The notes beneath the pieces were generated by a model. The model did not search any database. It saw nothing but the letters and a program-made list of their open reading frames with translations, and was not told where the DNA came from. Below, in pieces: positions 1 through 14,354 of a stretch of 64,000 nucleotides of DNA; within the stretch, counting starts at the first letter, position 1, and every line of letters starts with the position of its first letter. The stretch comes from Eledone cirrhosa (taxonomy: Eukaryota), in NCBI GenBank assembly GCA_964016885.1, contig OZ024740.1, positions 148,056,001 through 148,120,000 of the forward strand. Reading direction: 5' to 3'. Both the position numbers and the translations under genes were made by a program.

Positions 1-323
1 TATATATAAATGGGTGATAATTTCAGTGTTTATTACTGAAATAAAATGGAGGCTATTAAAACATACTTATTGTTTTAATATTTTACTGGTTTCAGTCTTT
101 TGATGGTGAATATGATGATTCACACCCTTCAATAATTTTTAGATGATTATATCAACTCTTGACATATTTATTTTATTGATGTTGTAAGAGGCAAAGTACA
201 AAATCAATCTGGATGTACTGACTTGTACTGAACGAAAGACTACAAAATATTTTTTATTCAATATACTGTTTTTGCTTGCATTTATCTCTACACTGATAAT
301 ATAAAAATATATTTTATATAGTA

Positions 324-1760
324 ATGCTCCACAGGCATGACTGGGTAAAGAATAAAAGGACAGTTTCTATGGGGAAATTTTACAGACAATTTCAGGCAAC
401 TTCAATGGACATGTACCAGGATGGATTCCATGGGGTTCATGGTGGCTATGGTCATGGCTCTAGGAACGAAGAGGGGCTGAGACTCCTGGAATTCTGTCAT
501 GCAAATGAACTAACCATCAGGAAACTAGCCAACTACCTGATTTCATATCAATCAGGTGAACACACAAACCAAATTAATTACTTGCTTGTTAGACAATGAG
601 ATAAATGGACTGTAATAAATAGTAAGGCCTTCTATTTGGAAGAATGCACTGTCCAGCTAGTTATTAGTGACATCAAAATAAACAAAAGACAGAACAAGAC
701 ACACGAGAAAATATGAAGGGTGTGGAAGCTAAAGGACTTCTTGGTTAAATATAGGTTTAGAAAGGCCTTGCAGGATGCACTTGATCAGAGGGATGACAAG
801 CTCGATACATATAATGTGAAGGACAACTGGAAATTCTTACATAACAACCTTTTGCAAATTACTGGCAAGACTTGCGGCTAAAGTAAAGCATCAGCCAGAC
901 AGAGAGTAACCTTGTGGTGGAACAGCACAATAAATGCAGCCATTAAATCATTGAGACAGGCATGGACAGATTGGAAAAATGGTGGTAGCAAGCAGAGACC
1001 AGAAGCTAGACAACAGGTATATACAGCTTGGAGAGGGGCTGAAGAAAGTGAATTTGCCAATGACTTGAGATGTGAGGATCAGAAGTGGGAAGTGTTCCAT
1101 ATTGCAAGGCAGTATGTTAGTGTGAATCGAGATGTTGTTGGGGAACACTGTTAGAAATTACACTTAGCACCACAGATACTCAAAAGAAAGAGGCCTGGAA
1201 ATATTGCTATGAGAGATTGATGAATGTAGAGAATGAATGGAAAGAAGAGAAACCAACATCAACTTATCCAAAGGAAGGACCAGCTATTGAAGTTGATTGT
1301 TTTAGTGTCAAATATGCAATCACTGAAATGAAGAATGGTAAAGATGCAGGACCATCAGAAATAGTTTCTGAGATGCTAAAAGCATCCGTAGAGGTAGGAG
1401 TCAAACTAGTAACCCGTATAATAAATCTAGTAATACATGACGGAGTCATACCTAATGACTGGCGCAGTAGTACAATCATAAATTGCTACAAGGGCAAAGG
1501 TGATGCTCTAGAAAGGAGCAACTATAGAGGAATAAAACTAATTGACCAAGTTATGAAAGTAACAGAAAGCGTTATAGCGCAGCTAATTAGAGAAAGAATC
1601 AAAATGGATGCCCTCTTCCTAGTGAGGCAACTACAAGAGAAGTTCCTAGCCAAAAAATAAACCACTATATTTAGCTTTTGCTGATTTAGAGAAGGCCTTT
1701 GACAGAGTATCTCAATCTATGATCTAATGGTCCTTAAGGAAATTAGGTGTAGACAAACAA
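324..1760 (+). mobile_element. Decayed RTE-clade LINE fragment (APE endonuclease tail to RT motif A)
   Basis: Frameshifted ORFs with GGYGHGSRNEEGLRLLEFC, WWN, GKDAGPSEIVSEMLKA, DWRSSTIINCYKGKGDALERSNYRGIKL, then LYLAFADLEKAFDRV at about 1665-1710. Confidence 0.9.
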
Positions 1761-2169
1761 ACTTCTGTCAGTTTCAACAATGCTGGTTGCTCATCAGAAG
1801 AGTCTACTGGTATGAAATAGTAAACTATGTAATCATAGTACGATATCGTAAGATTTAAAATTTTCTCTTTCAAATACAAATTTCCATCTATGCAGAATGA
1901 CACATGTATTAATTTAATAAAATGAACATATAACTCTATAATAAAATACAAAAACTTTCTTTTAATTTACCTGAATCATTTGTCTTTCAAATGTTGAAAC
2001 AACAGCTGTAATTTGAAATATATTTTATACTATATTCTTTAACTCTCGGCTTGTGTAACTTTAGATCAAGATAACAATGGCATTATTTTATACTGAGCTA
2101 TGAAAAATGATAGTAGACATTAAGTATATTTATAGACTTTATTTCCACTTTGTTATTTTTATTATGTTA

Positions 2170-3095
2170 CTAGCAGCAGTACCCAGCGTTGCCTGGGTAG
2201 GTAAAATAATATCTGCTTTGATGAAAAGGTGTTGATCTTAGCGACTGCGAGTTTCTTGAAAATCTGTCGTAAGGTGTAGCAAATGGTGAAATGTTGAGTG
2301 AAATCGTATGGAATATGTGGGAGGTGGAAAAAATCGTATTTTGAAGAGTTAAACGGCTGCCACGCCATCCCTGAAACAAAAAATGCAAAGAGTAAAGCTA
2401 CTATAAGATGTGCAATGATAGGTTCTATCGTAGTATAAAAGTTGAACCAAATAAATTGATTTATGTGTGAGGTGGAGCCGAAGTTTCGAATTTGAACGAA
2501 ATTGGTTGAAAAATGTTGGAGCTAGAGCCGAAACGGTGGAAATTTGAGCGAAAAGGTGGTATTTTCGAATATTTAAGCGGCTGCCATGCTGTTCCTGAAC
2601 AAAAATTCCAAAACGTAAAGCCACTTTAAGACGTGAAATAATGAGATCTAGCGTAGTATAAAATTTGAACAAAGTAGGTTGATTAATGTGGGAGCTAGAG
2701 CCGAAAAAGTGGAAATTTGAGTTTAAAAGTGGTATTTTGGAATATTTAAGCAGCTGCCACGCCGTCCCTGAACAACAAATGCAAAATATAAAGCCATTAC
2801 AGGTTGTGCAATGATAAATTCTATTTTGCTTTAAAACTTGAACGAAATCGGTGGCAAAATGTGTGAGCTAGAGCCAAAAATCTTATTTTTCAATACCTAG
2901 AAAAAGGTGACCCCCTATCGATTTTTATCTGCAGAATGACCCCGGAATAAAATAACGATACGCTGATATATAGACAACACTCCCCGATGAGTAATCTATG
3001 AGCCTGTAATGTTTCATGAAAATTGGTTGTAAGATGTAGGCCCCTGTAGGTAATACACACACACACATACATACTTAATTTTATATATATACAGA
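2170..3095 (-). mobile_element. Non-autonomous Helitron with internal tandem repeats
   Basis: On the minus strand it starts A|TC (TCTGTATATATATAAAA) and ends CTAG|T. A GC hairpin ACCCAG-gcaacg-CTGGGT (2181-2198) lies 11 nt before the end. Three imperfect internal repeats of about 175-220 bp start near 2330, 2550 and 2725. Confidence 0.8.
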
Positions 3096-3964
3096 TATGA
3101 CATAATAACCGCCATAAGAAATCAATGTAAATCATATATGACATAAAATATTGTGCCTTATAATGTAAATTTTAACAAGTCCTGTTGTTTATTTCATGAA
3201 GACAAAATATATCATTTCAATATAGATTCTGAAAGGGTTTATTTTAAATTTTTAGTTGACAAAGCTTTTTACAAGAGTATAAAAAGCAAACCCATTTTGG
3301 ATACCAGGCCTATTTATTAAACATTTAATATTTATTTTAATTTGTACCATTTTAGGTAAGTAATTTTCTTTTCAACAGTCAGTGTTCTTGATTTTTAATC
3401 ACTGTACTCTATATTAAATCAGACGTCTAGATTTATAATCATTGTACTTCATTTTATCCAGCAATCTTATAATTACACTTCAGAGTCCCTAGCTACTCTG
3501 ATTTACAAAGACTTAATAGTTGAGCTCCTTAGCCACTATACATCAATCTGGATCAGCAATCTATGTATGTAAATAATCAATCACTGGTCATTATAATGAA
3601 TCAGTAGCTCAATATGAGATGTACAAAATCAGCCATGGTTTTGTTAGTGATAATATGTTTGTTACTTTCCTCATTATTATATTTAAGAAGTTCACTGTGA
3701 TGGTGTCAAATTACCCAACTTCCACTCTTTTGATGAATTATTCTTATTTGTTTCTCCCAATCAATCAAAATACATAACAGACTCTTCTATTATAATATTG
3801 CATCATTTTAGTACCATTTAACCTTTCTTCTTTTTTATGAGGGTGGAGAATTTGTTCAGTTAATTGCTTGACTTTGATGTACACTCAATTTTGCACCAAA
3901 TTAAGATTTTGTGAATTTTCAAGGTTTCCCACTAGCTTACCTGACAATATGTTACAGAACAATT

Positions 3965-4119
3965 AATAAATTACAGATATCAAGGAAATGAGCTTCATGT
4001 TAACCCTTTAGCATTTACATTACTAAAGCTTTTACCACAAAATACAATAGTATTTATATAGTAATGTAAATGCTAAAGGGTTAACATGAAGCTCATTTCC
4101 TTGATATCTGTAATTTATT
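3965..4119. repeat. Perfect 61-bp inverted repeat around a TTAA-CCCTTT (piggyBac-like MITE) end
   Basis: 3965-4025 is the exact reverse complement of 4059-4119 and includes TTAACCCTTTAGCATTTA / TAAATGCTAAAGGGTTAA. Confidence 0.8.
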
Positions 4120-5499
4120 TTCATGTTATTTATTTTGAGAACAATACCTTAACGTCAGTATGTGTGGCCAGTTATGACCAGTTTGAACAGAAAGAGATGA
4201 GAGATATCAGGCTGGATATGGCCGGTTTAAATGATAAAAGGTTAAATCAATTTTCTTTTGATATTTTATTAGTTACCTTAATATTTCTGCTAGTTTATAG
4301 AAATTTTTAAACATATGTATGAAACAGCTGTTACCTATTTGCAAAGTATATAGAATGATAACCACCAAGATTTGTGGATTTTGTCAATTTCTGGTATTTT
4401 TTCAGTTACCAAAGCTATTTAGAGCACATAATCTATCACATATAAAACGTTTCTTTTTATATACATACATATGTAATTTTTTTAAATATCTAGTATCTCT
4501 TTACTAATTACTGTATATTTGTCTTTCAGTTTAGACATGTACTTTCATGCCACACCAGATTGTTATAATTAATCTTGGGTGTTGGCTTTGTTCCCACAGC
4601 ATATATCTATGCAATTATATGTGCTTGTGTATGTATGTGTCTGTGTTAATAGATGTTTGTGTGTGTGTGTGTCAGCATTTGTGTGTGTGGAATTTATAAA
4701 GGCAGGTTATTTATTTTATTTGTAAAATTTCTTTATCCACTAGCCAGAATGTTTTAAAAGAATATGGGTATGTCCATGAGAACTATTTTATACCACAATA
4801 ATACTATTGTTTTATTGTTGATATTATTATTATTATTTTAAACTTTCTTTGAATTATGCTTCTTTTTCAAATCAGGTTGTGTGTCAAAATGACACCTGAG
4901 ACAAAATTTGATAATACACACATTTTACAATCAATCGTTATAAACAACAATAAATGTCTTTGCAAGGTTTTCAAATTGATAATGTCCTTCTTAGGACATG
5001 GACAGTGCCAGTCAGCACTTTTTTTCATTTCCTTTTTATCATTCCAAGTGGACCAACTACCACTTTAAGATGCCCCATTTTCTCAATTTTAATTGATAGA
5101 TCTTTATATTAACTAAGCTTTCTGAATTCTTGCGAGGAAATGTTATGATCTGATGGAAAGCTCATGGCAATTAAGAAACATGTTTTCACTTTCTGGTCCT
5201 TCAAAATTATATCAGGTCTGTTGGACTTGAGTGTTTAATATAATTATTATTATTATTGAAACCCTTAAATAAACAAATTATAGTTTAATGAATAAGCACA
5301 CCAATAACCTGACTTGAGTATCTTGGTTGAAACCCCCAAAAAGCAGACCAATAAATTGACCAACTGGAAATCACCAGATCCAGAGGGTATGCAAGGATAT
5401 TGGACTATGAATATAACATTTCTCCATCTTATAATGGCAGCAAATTTTCTGGTTAAATAACATCAATAACTGAGATATCAAATTCACAATAATAATAAT

Positions 5500-5862
5500 G
5501 ATTTCTACTTTAGGCACAAGGTCAGTAATTTGGGAGAGGGGAAAGTTGATTAAATCGACCCCAGTGTCTTACTGGTGCTTTATTTTATCGACCCTGTAAG
5601 GATGAAAGGCAAAGGTAACCTCGGCGGGATTTGTACACACACTGTAAAGGGCCGTAACTCTATGCTGCAAAGCATGGTGCCCGACTCTCTACCGGTCAGC
5701 AATTATCCCAGTGCATTACTGGTTCTTTATTTTATCCACCCTGTAAGGGTGAAAGGGAAAGTTAACTTCAACGGGATTTGAACTCAGGACGTAAAGGGCC
5801 ATAACTCTATGCTGCAAAGCATTGTGTCTGACGCTCAACCAATACTGCCAATCCTCCGCCCA
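5500..5862 (-). mobile_element. tRNA-derived SINE (Meta-core type), two tandem copies
   Basis: Minus strand has B-box GAGTTCAAATCC plus core GCCTTTCATCCTTACGGGGTCGATAAAATAAAGTACCAG and tail GGCCTTGTGCC. The family recurs at about 10600, 16410, 20825, 24100, 25200, 27200, 36540 and 37820. Confidence 0.8.
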
Positions 5863-6267
5863 CAGATTATTACTACTAATAATTATAATCTGTAATACAT
5901 CAAATTTGCCACTGATGGAAACCAAGTACAGGTTGTTTACAACCAGTGGATTGATGTGGAACATTTCATTTATGATTCAAGGACACTGCAGAGAATCCAA
6001 ACAATCCTAATGAGTACTGTTTTCTGCAAGTGATCAATCTTCAAATTGATTACAATCTTATCTATTCTCTGAGAATGACTCTAGCCAATTAAACAACAAT
6101 GACAAAGGAATCATACACAATACAAACTGTCTCCTTGAAAAATAATAAATATATATCTGAGTGTGTGGGGGTGCATATTTAACATCGTGATGTTTGTTTG
6201 TGTCCTGCATAGTATGTCCCACTGCATAACAGTTTGACAAAAAAGAGTGGTGTATACCCTTATTCTT

Positions 6268-6310
6268 CTTCTTCTTCTTCTTCTTCTTCTTCTTCTTCTT
6301 CTTCTTCTTC
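6268..6310. repeat. (TTC)n microsatellite
   Basis: Pure trinucleotide run. A (GAA)n run also occurs at about 7853-7890. Confidence 0.95.
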
Positions 6311-7080
6311 ACCCACTTATTCCTAAGAGGGCCGTGGGCACAGAGTCCTCAGACACTTCCTCCAGTGGGCCTTGTCAGAAGCAACCATCTCCAACTGATC
6401 TGGCTGGATCCCTACTCATAATTAAAATACATGCTAGTATCATAAACATCAACTTGTTATAGAAAATTGCCTCAAAAAGTCTCAGCTGATTCATGCAGAT
6501 ATAGAAAAGCAGATATAGAAACAATAGTTATGATGATGACTAAACTCACCATTCTCTACTCTTAGACATATGAACTTGATATACATTAGAAATCATTACT
6601 TCTGAGGTTTAAGCTAAGAGTACAGCCTGCACAATATCAGAATCTAGAAGATTAACATTTGAAGATGTAGCATAAAAGGACAAATCATCAACAAAGTATA
6701 AAAGGACATTTGAAATTTGTTATTTTCTTCATCTTTAACAAAACAAATTGCTTGACATGGGAAAAATTATCTCATAACTCATTATAAAACATAATTCTGA
6801 TACTAAACCATATAACCTGCCTCCAATCAATCTCTGGCTGTCTTTTTCTTTCTCTCTCTCCCTCCTTCTCTCTTTTTTTGAATATATATTATTTAAGAGA
6901 CAGATAGATGTGTTTATATATGTGTGTATATGAATATGTAATGTGTGTGTATGTATATATATATATATATATATATATAGATACACACACATTACATATT
7001 CATATACACACATATATATATACATACACACACATTACATATTCATATACACACATATATAAACACATCTATCTGTCTCT

Positions 7081-7124
<44 letters not shown>

Positions 7125-7220
7125 GTATAGGATTATCCAAGATGTAGTAATGGTTAATTACTACACTGGATATGATGTCTACCTGTTATTATTCATTCTT
7201 TATATATATATATCTCTTAA

Positions 7221-7252
<32 letters not shown>

Positions 7253-7415
7253 AAAAGAAAAACGAACACAGATATATAGATATATGTGTTCAAATCGTAA
7301 GGGACCTGATTCGCTAAGGTGAAAAGAATACTAACTATAGACAATAGGGTTTGCTTGTCTCAATTTAAGAAAATATTAAGAAAATAAATACAAACCGGAA
7401 TTGTGGTAACTACCA

Positions 7416-7490
7416 ATCACCCAGACAACTTGTTGTTTCGCAAAGTTAATTGTGAATAGAAATACTAATTCAAGCTCATCAGTGGGTGAT
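7416..7490 (-). ncRNA. Type I hammerhead ribozyme in a solo PLE pseudo-LTR-like fragment
   Basis: Minus strand reads ATCACCCA CTGATGA GC...GC GAA ACAA-caag-TTGT C TGGGTGAT: 8-bp stem I, intact core, GUC cleavage triplet, inside (TA)n-flanked sequence. Confidence 0.85.
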
Positions 7491-8879
7491 AAATTAGTAT
7501 CCTAGACACATCTATGTATGCTATATATAAAAAATAAAACAGCGCACATGGCATCCTAGCGAGTCTCACAAACCCACACCACTAAAAATAGCAGCCAGTT
7601 TTACTCGACATTTGAAATAGCTCAACAAATTAACGGAGCCGAATATATTAAAGGTATATATTGAGTTAGGAACTCAAAATAGTCTCTTACAACAAAATAG
7701 CTCTAAGAAAGAGATATATATTATTATAATAGAATATTCTATTATAATATATATTTATATTCTATCATAATATACAGCTTTTTCTTTTTTGCCTTGTAAG
7801 GTTTGTTTAAGTAGGTTGAGGGAGGTGGTGTTCTTAAAGAATGCTTGTAAACAAGAAGAAGAAGAAGAAGAAGAAGAAGAAGAAGAAGAATTGTTGTTTA
7901 GGAATTTGTTTTATATGTTCAAAATAGGAATGTATTCAAGCTTGGCAGGCTCCATGTCATCTCTAAGAATTGCCATTCATGAGATTGTTTAAGGTCATAC
8001 ATATTATCTCATGGTGATAGAGAAGATCAAAACAGTTGGTAGTTTAGTTACATAAGATCTCTTACACAATAACAAATCTGGTTAGGTTTTTTTTTTGCTT
8101 CTTTCTGGAGAATTAATATGAGAAGGGAAGGTGTAAAGATATTTGACTGAAATGGTGAAACAATAACACATTGCAAGGATCAGATTATGTATTCATGATG
8201 GTGATGGTGGTTGGTAGTGGTGGTGGTAATAGTAAATATGTAATTGGTAATGCTGGTGATAATGGTGGTGGCAGTAGTGGTGGTAAGGATGGGAATGGCT
8301 ATGGTGCTGTTAGTAGTAGTGTGGGTGTTGATGATGATTGTGATGGTAGTGCTGGTGATGGTGGTGAATGACTTCTCTACATGGGGGGGGGGGGGGGGGG
8401 GGCGTTTGGCATAATTGTTTTCACTTATGTTTATCTGAGTAAAAGGATTCGAGAACCGTAAACAAAATGAAATGTAAACAATTTTCTCATAATCGTTTGT
8501 AATAAGAAATAGCTCTCAAGGACTCTTTTTTTTTTTAAAATCAATTTTATGTTTTGTCAATAAGCTGATGGGTTACTCAATAACAAAAATTTGATAGACA
8601 AGAAAATCAATATAAAACAACTGTTGTTCAATGTTTATTTTTGCAACTAACATTTTGTTACTAAAAAGCCAATCCACTACCATTATGTCAATCTATGGTT
8701 GCTGATTTTATAATTAAAGGAAAGATTTTTAATTTAAGATAAAAGGCATACATACATTTGAATCTGCCTTTGTCAAAAGATAAAACCTCATAATCTTTTC
8801 AAAGAAAACTGCACCTGTTTCTTCAGATCTGATAGTTATATAATTAGTTTATAATTATGATTTATAAAATTTGTTAACT

Positions 8880-10020
8880 GTTGAACAGTGTGGTTTTTGG
8901 ACCAGATGGAGCTCTGCCAACCAGAGAGGCAGGTCTTTGAGAAATCATGGGAGAATTGCCAAGAGCGGTATGCTTGTTTCATAGACCTCAAAAAGGCATA
9001 TGACTGCATTCCACAGAACCTAATAGGAAAGGTTTTGCAGGAGTATGGGATCGATGGACATTTTCTTGTTGCCTTCTATAAAAATGCCCTAGTATTTATG
9101 TTTGGATAAATGGTGCTGAATTGAAACAATTCGATGTGGGTGTCAGATTCTACTAAAGGTGCATACTGTCACTTCTCCTGTTCATAATCCTCATGTACAG
9201 GATTGACATAAGTAGCTGGGTTGGAGTGGCATTGAGACTGGCAGGTGTAGGATCAGTCAACTGGAACTGGCAGATGACATGTTATTACTAATCTCATCAG
9301 AAGGGGATCTCTGACATGCACTTGATAGGTTTGATGAAAATGAGTGCCGCAAAGACTGAGACACATGTCCTCATAAGAAAGCCTGCACAGTGCACTCTAC
9401 ATGTAAATGGATTTCCAATGAAGTTGCTGGAGAAGTTCAAGTATCCCAGAGCTGTGTTCTCAAGTAATGGAAGGTAGGAGGCTGAATTGAGTGCTAGAAT
9501 TGCACGAATTAGTGCAGTAATACACCAGTTTCAGCATTCGGTCATAAAAAAAAAGGAGGTAGGTGTAAAACCCAAACTCGCTATCTTCTATTCAGTATTT
9601 GTGTCAACCCATACCTATGATCATGAATCTTGGGTAATGACCAAAAGAATATGATCATTAATACAAGCATCAGAAATGGGGTACCGCGGAAGGGTCTTTG
9701 GAATAAAATTATTTGCATAGTTCAGGTATCATAGAGTCGCTCAAGGCTGAACTGCTACTTCTCTGAATTAAGAGATCCTTGCTCTGATATCACAGACATG
9801 TGGTAAGAATGTCTCAAAAAAGAATCACTGGACAGATTTTACAGGCAAAACCAACTGGCAGGAAACCGAAAGGTAGATCCAGAGCAAAATGTTTTAATGA
9901 AATCCATGAGTTCAGCTGGTCTCATTTGGTGATCCACCTGGATCAATTGGAGATGGTTGCTTCTGACAGGTCCCACTGGAAAGCATGCTTGCCACTCTGA
10001 CCCTCTCAGGAATAAGTGAG
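8880..10020 (+). mobile_element. Decayed RTE-like LINE 3' half
   Basis: QVFEKSWE...YACFIDLKKAYDCIP, LADDM RT motif, EKFKYP, and RTE-type C-terminus GRKPKGRSRAK, with many stops. Confidence 0.85.
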
Positions 10021-10602
10021 CATTGAAGACTGTGAATGGGATTCTTATCTATGAGTTTGTCATTAATCATATAAAATTGTCAACGTATTTTTGCTACTGC
10101 TGTTCTCTCATTCTCAGCAAGATTAATAATTACCTTATTATGTTTAAATGCAGTGTTAACATTCCTGGCAAGATTGCCTTACAGTATAGCTATTTACTGG
10201 ATCTATCATGCTTTGCTGTTTTTGTAACCATATATGGAAATGTGACTTTCGATAATTTCATTTTATCAACTACCAATGTCATGTTTAAGCAAAATACACA
10301 GTAATATTTCCAGCTTGCGAGAGTGGGGGATTAGCAGATTGTTACAGTGTCAGACAAAATGCTTTGTGGTATTTAGTATGGTTCTATACATTCTGAGTTC
10401 AAATCACTTTGCCTTTTATTTTTCCAACATTTACAAAATAACTACCAGTTATGTTCTGGGGTTGATATAATCAACTGTTTTTTAACTCACAAAATATCTG
10501 ATCTTACGCTTATATAAGGAATCAATATTTCTTGCTTAGTGAATTGATAGACATGACAGAGTAGCAAACAGAATATCTTTAATATATAGTTATTACTAAG
10601 AG

Positions 10603-10820
10603 TGGTTGATTGGCAGTATCTATAGAGTGTTGGACACCATGCTTCATGGCATAGAGTTGTGGCCCTTTAAGTTTTAATTTCAAATCCTGCCGAGATTAGC
10701 TTTGCCTTTCATCATTATGGGGTCAATTAAATAAAGTACCAATAATACACTGGGGTCGATTTAGTTGACTTTCTCCTCCCCTTCAAATTACTGGTCTTGT
10801 GCCTAATGTAGAAACAAGTA
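10603..10820 (+). mobile_element. tRNA-derived SINE (Meta-core family)
   Basis: A/B-box-like head, TTTGCCTTTCATC core and GGTCTTGTGCC tail. Confidence 0.7.
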
Positions 10821-13719
10821 TTTAGTTATTACTGATTTATTTCTGAGTTCAAATTTCACCAGGGTTTACATTTGCTTTTTTCATCTATTAGAAATGACAT
10901 GGTTTATAAACTAAATATAATTCAAGTAAATATCTAATTGACTATTATTACATTTCACCTCCCTGCAAATTCACAGACCATGCACTTACACATGAAACTT
11001 CTCTGTATATATTTCTGTTTAGTTGTAGTTAAATCAACCTTTCATGCTTTTTTTCAATCTTCATTCAGTTACACCTTGATTTCTTCTACCATCAACCCAT
11101 TCCATAAAACATACCTCCGATAAGCATTTAGGGGGACCTTTAAAAGGAATCCAAAGAGTTTTAAGGATTGATAGGGGAAGTCATGGCATAACTTGAAACT
11201 CAATGATGCACACATGCTCTGTTAGCTTATAGATTGTCATAAGGTACATAATATGGTTTTGAAAGATAACCATGACACAAATGAAAAGTATGCATAATAT
11301 ACCAACTATTTTCATCCCCTAAATTTGAGGACTTGTGCCTCTGCTAGAAACAATATTTCCAGCTCTCTGAATAGAACTATATTATGCCACCAAACATATT
11401 GGTACATTGAAAGAGAATAATTGAAAAAAATATCATTTCATATAATTTTTAACAGATTCATCATAAGTTACACTCCAACAAAATTCAAATGGGGGATATA
11501 GCCTCAATTGCCATTTACTTACAAATCAAGACATGCCCTCTTCTTGTTTTGGCTTTTAGGGGAAAAAAATGAACAGGTAACTTTAGCTGATCCTACTTTT
11601 CATAGATAATAGTAAGATGATCTTCAAACTTCATCTATACACATATATCTTGAAATAATACGTTAAAATGAACGTTTTGGTATTTTTGGATAGCAAAATA
11701 TTTATTCTCTATGCTTTTCATTTCTTTGCAGATAACAGAGAAACACTGCTAAGTTATTCTTGCTATGAGAGACTGTCAAGGAAATACTCAAAAAGGGCTC
11801 AATTGTATACTAATAAATCCCACACATGCTTGCAACTATTGTCACTAAAAAGTGGTGACAATTAACATGTGAATGGTGAATAGTTTTCATATCATGTTTT
11901 GGCCACACATGGCTATAATTTTATTATATCCATAAAATACATTTTGTAATAAATGTTTAAAGTTTTTAAAGAATTTCCTAGATTTACCATGAGAGTTTTT
12001 CAGAAAGGTTTGAGTAATTTTCTCTTAACCAAACTTAAAGAATTTCTGTCATTTGCTCCTTCTACCTTCTGTAGAATATAAGAGTTAGTGTTCCTAGTGG
12101 ATAACAGTGAGTAACTGACATTAGATCTATTATCAGGAAACTAGGCATTGCTTGCTCAAAGAAATCAATTACATAAAAATATGTTTTACAAATAAACTAC
12201 ATATAATTATCATTCAGAATGTAGATATATTTATTCCCTATGCTTTGTATGTATTCTCTATGCTTTGTATGTATTCTCTATGCTTTGTATGTATTGATAA
12301 ACATATCTACATTCTAAATTGATAAACAGGGTGTCTCCAGATGTGGTTGATGATTGAATGACTTTTCATCCAAATCAGAAATGGAAATACTCCAGTTTAG
12401 CAAACAACTATAAACAACAAAGTTTCATTTTCGTCACCTTTTCATACTCCTTGATTACTAATCTTCTTTAAGTAATCTGTCTATTAGCCTGCTCAACTTC
12501 AGTAAATGCATATGGAAGAAGAGAGACAAATCATCTTTGCTGAATCGAGTACATGACTATGAAAAGTATTTGCATAATGAAGAGAAGCAAAACAACAACC
12601 TAACAGCAATGGAGAAACTGAACAGAACTGCAGATTAACAAAAATGATTTATTGGAATTATAAATAATATAAATGTGTCACCATAGGCTTAGTCAACGAA
12701 ACTATGATGTAAATTGATGTCAAATGGATTCTGAGGAAAGAATCCATCTAATATTTCCTAGTTCAAAAATAGCCGTAGTTGGTTAAGAGAGATTTGTGTT
12801 CTAACTGCAAAACACAAACAAGTAGCACTTACTGTGATTTCCCCAAAGCATCTGAGTAAATCTGCATGAATGGTGAATACTATATTTACTTTCAGGAAAT
12901 ATGCCATGTCAGAAAAAATATGAACAAAATATATACAACATCCAAGTATCAACCTTCTAATGAATAAAATGCATCCATATTATTTCAGTGAAGGAAATGT
13001 TTTTTTAAAGCGCAATACCTCAGAATTATTTTTGTTAACCATTGATTACACAATCTACAGCATGACAATATTAAAAATTTGTTAATTATCACTTTATTTG
13101 TAAATCATATTACAAATGATCAACAACATTTTGGCTGCATATAGTGGGCAGCAGAGAGGGTGGTTTAAAGGGCAATGCTGGAAAATAGTCTTGATATCAA
13201 TATGACTGAAAGAGCTAGCTTACTAATAATTAAGTATTTGGTTTCAATTGGCTGCAGTAAAGAGAATTATATAATGCACTGAAAAGCAATAGCCAGTGCA
13301 GTATATTAACTATTTCTGACCGGTAGGAGATTGAATTTAACATTGCCTCAAATATCAAACTGTTAAATATTTTATTATTGCTGATAATAACTTTTCTTTT
13401 GAAACATGACCAATGTAGCTATATGTAAATAAGCAAATAGGAGGCTTCTATTTATGTATTTTGAGATTATTGGATTTATCTTTCACCGACAAAATCAATA
13501 ATGACACCTTGTACAAGGTGATTAACACAATTCCACAATGAATACAATGACTTGTTTACATCATTCTGCATCTACCAGAAAATGTATATAATACATCTAA
13601 TGATCATGACATGTTATGGGCAAATGGAGAGGTAGTTGATCAGCTTGTTGCATTTGCAAAGCACTTCAGGAAAGCTGCATAAAATTGTAATGACAAAATA
13701 AATAAATAAAGGCTTCCTA

Positions 13720-14352
13720 CTGGGTAGGAAATGACTATGGTATAAGAGGTGTGGGCATCTTACTAGCTGAGAAATGAAAAGGTAAGGTGATAGAAGTAGT
13801 TAGAGTAAGTGACAGAATTATCAAGCTTAGATTAACTGTAGGAAATAGAATGGTGACAATTACATCTACCTATGCTCCATAGACAGGACTGGGAAAAAAC
13901 AAAAGGAGACAAGTTCTATGAGGAACTTTTACAGACAACTTCAGGTATTGATGAAGGAGACCTCATCATCCTGGTAGGCGACGTTAATGGCCATGTGGGA
14001 CAGTACCAGGGTGGATTCAATGAGGTTCATGGTGGCTATGGTTATGGCTCTATGAATGAAGAGGGGCTGAGACTCCTGGAATTCAGTGATGCAAATGAAT
14101 TAACCATCTACTACACAAATTTAAGGAAACTAGCCAACCACCTGATTTCATATCAATCGAGTGAACACACAAGCCAAATTAATTACTTACTTGTTAGATA
14201 ATGAGATAAACGGACTGTAATAAATACTAAAGCCTTCCCTGGGGAAGAATTCACTCTCCAGCACAAGTTATTTATTAGTGACATCAAAATAAACACAAGA
14301 TAGAACAAGAGATACAAGAAAATATGGAGACAGAGGGTTTGGAAGCTAAAGT
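13720..14352 (+). mobile_element. RTE LINE endonuclease fragment, same family as 324-730
   Basis: KDKFYEELL, GDVNGHVG, GGYGYGSMNEEGLRLLEF, QINYLLVR, closely matching the DNA at 324-730. Confidence 0.9.
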
Positions 14353-14354
14353 GC

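Noticed and set aside
8171-8402. Gly-rich ORF and poly-G
   Set aside because: A degenerate (GGT)n microsatellite and homopolymer.
11730-13682. Possible host exons (AG at 11729-11730, GTAAGT near 12830 on minus, short open frame at 13570-13682)
   Set aside because: No recognisable protein similarity or consistent exon chain. RNA-seq or homology would be needed.
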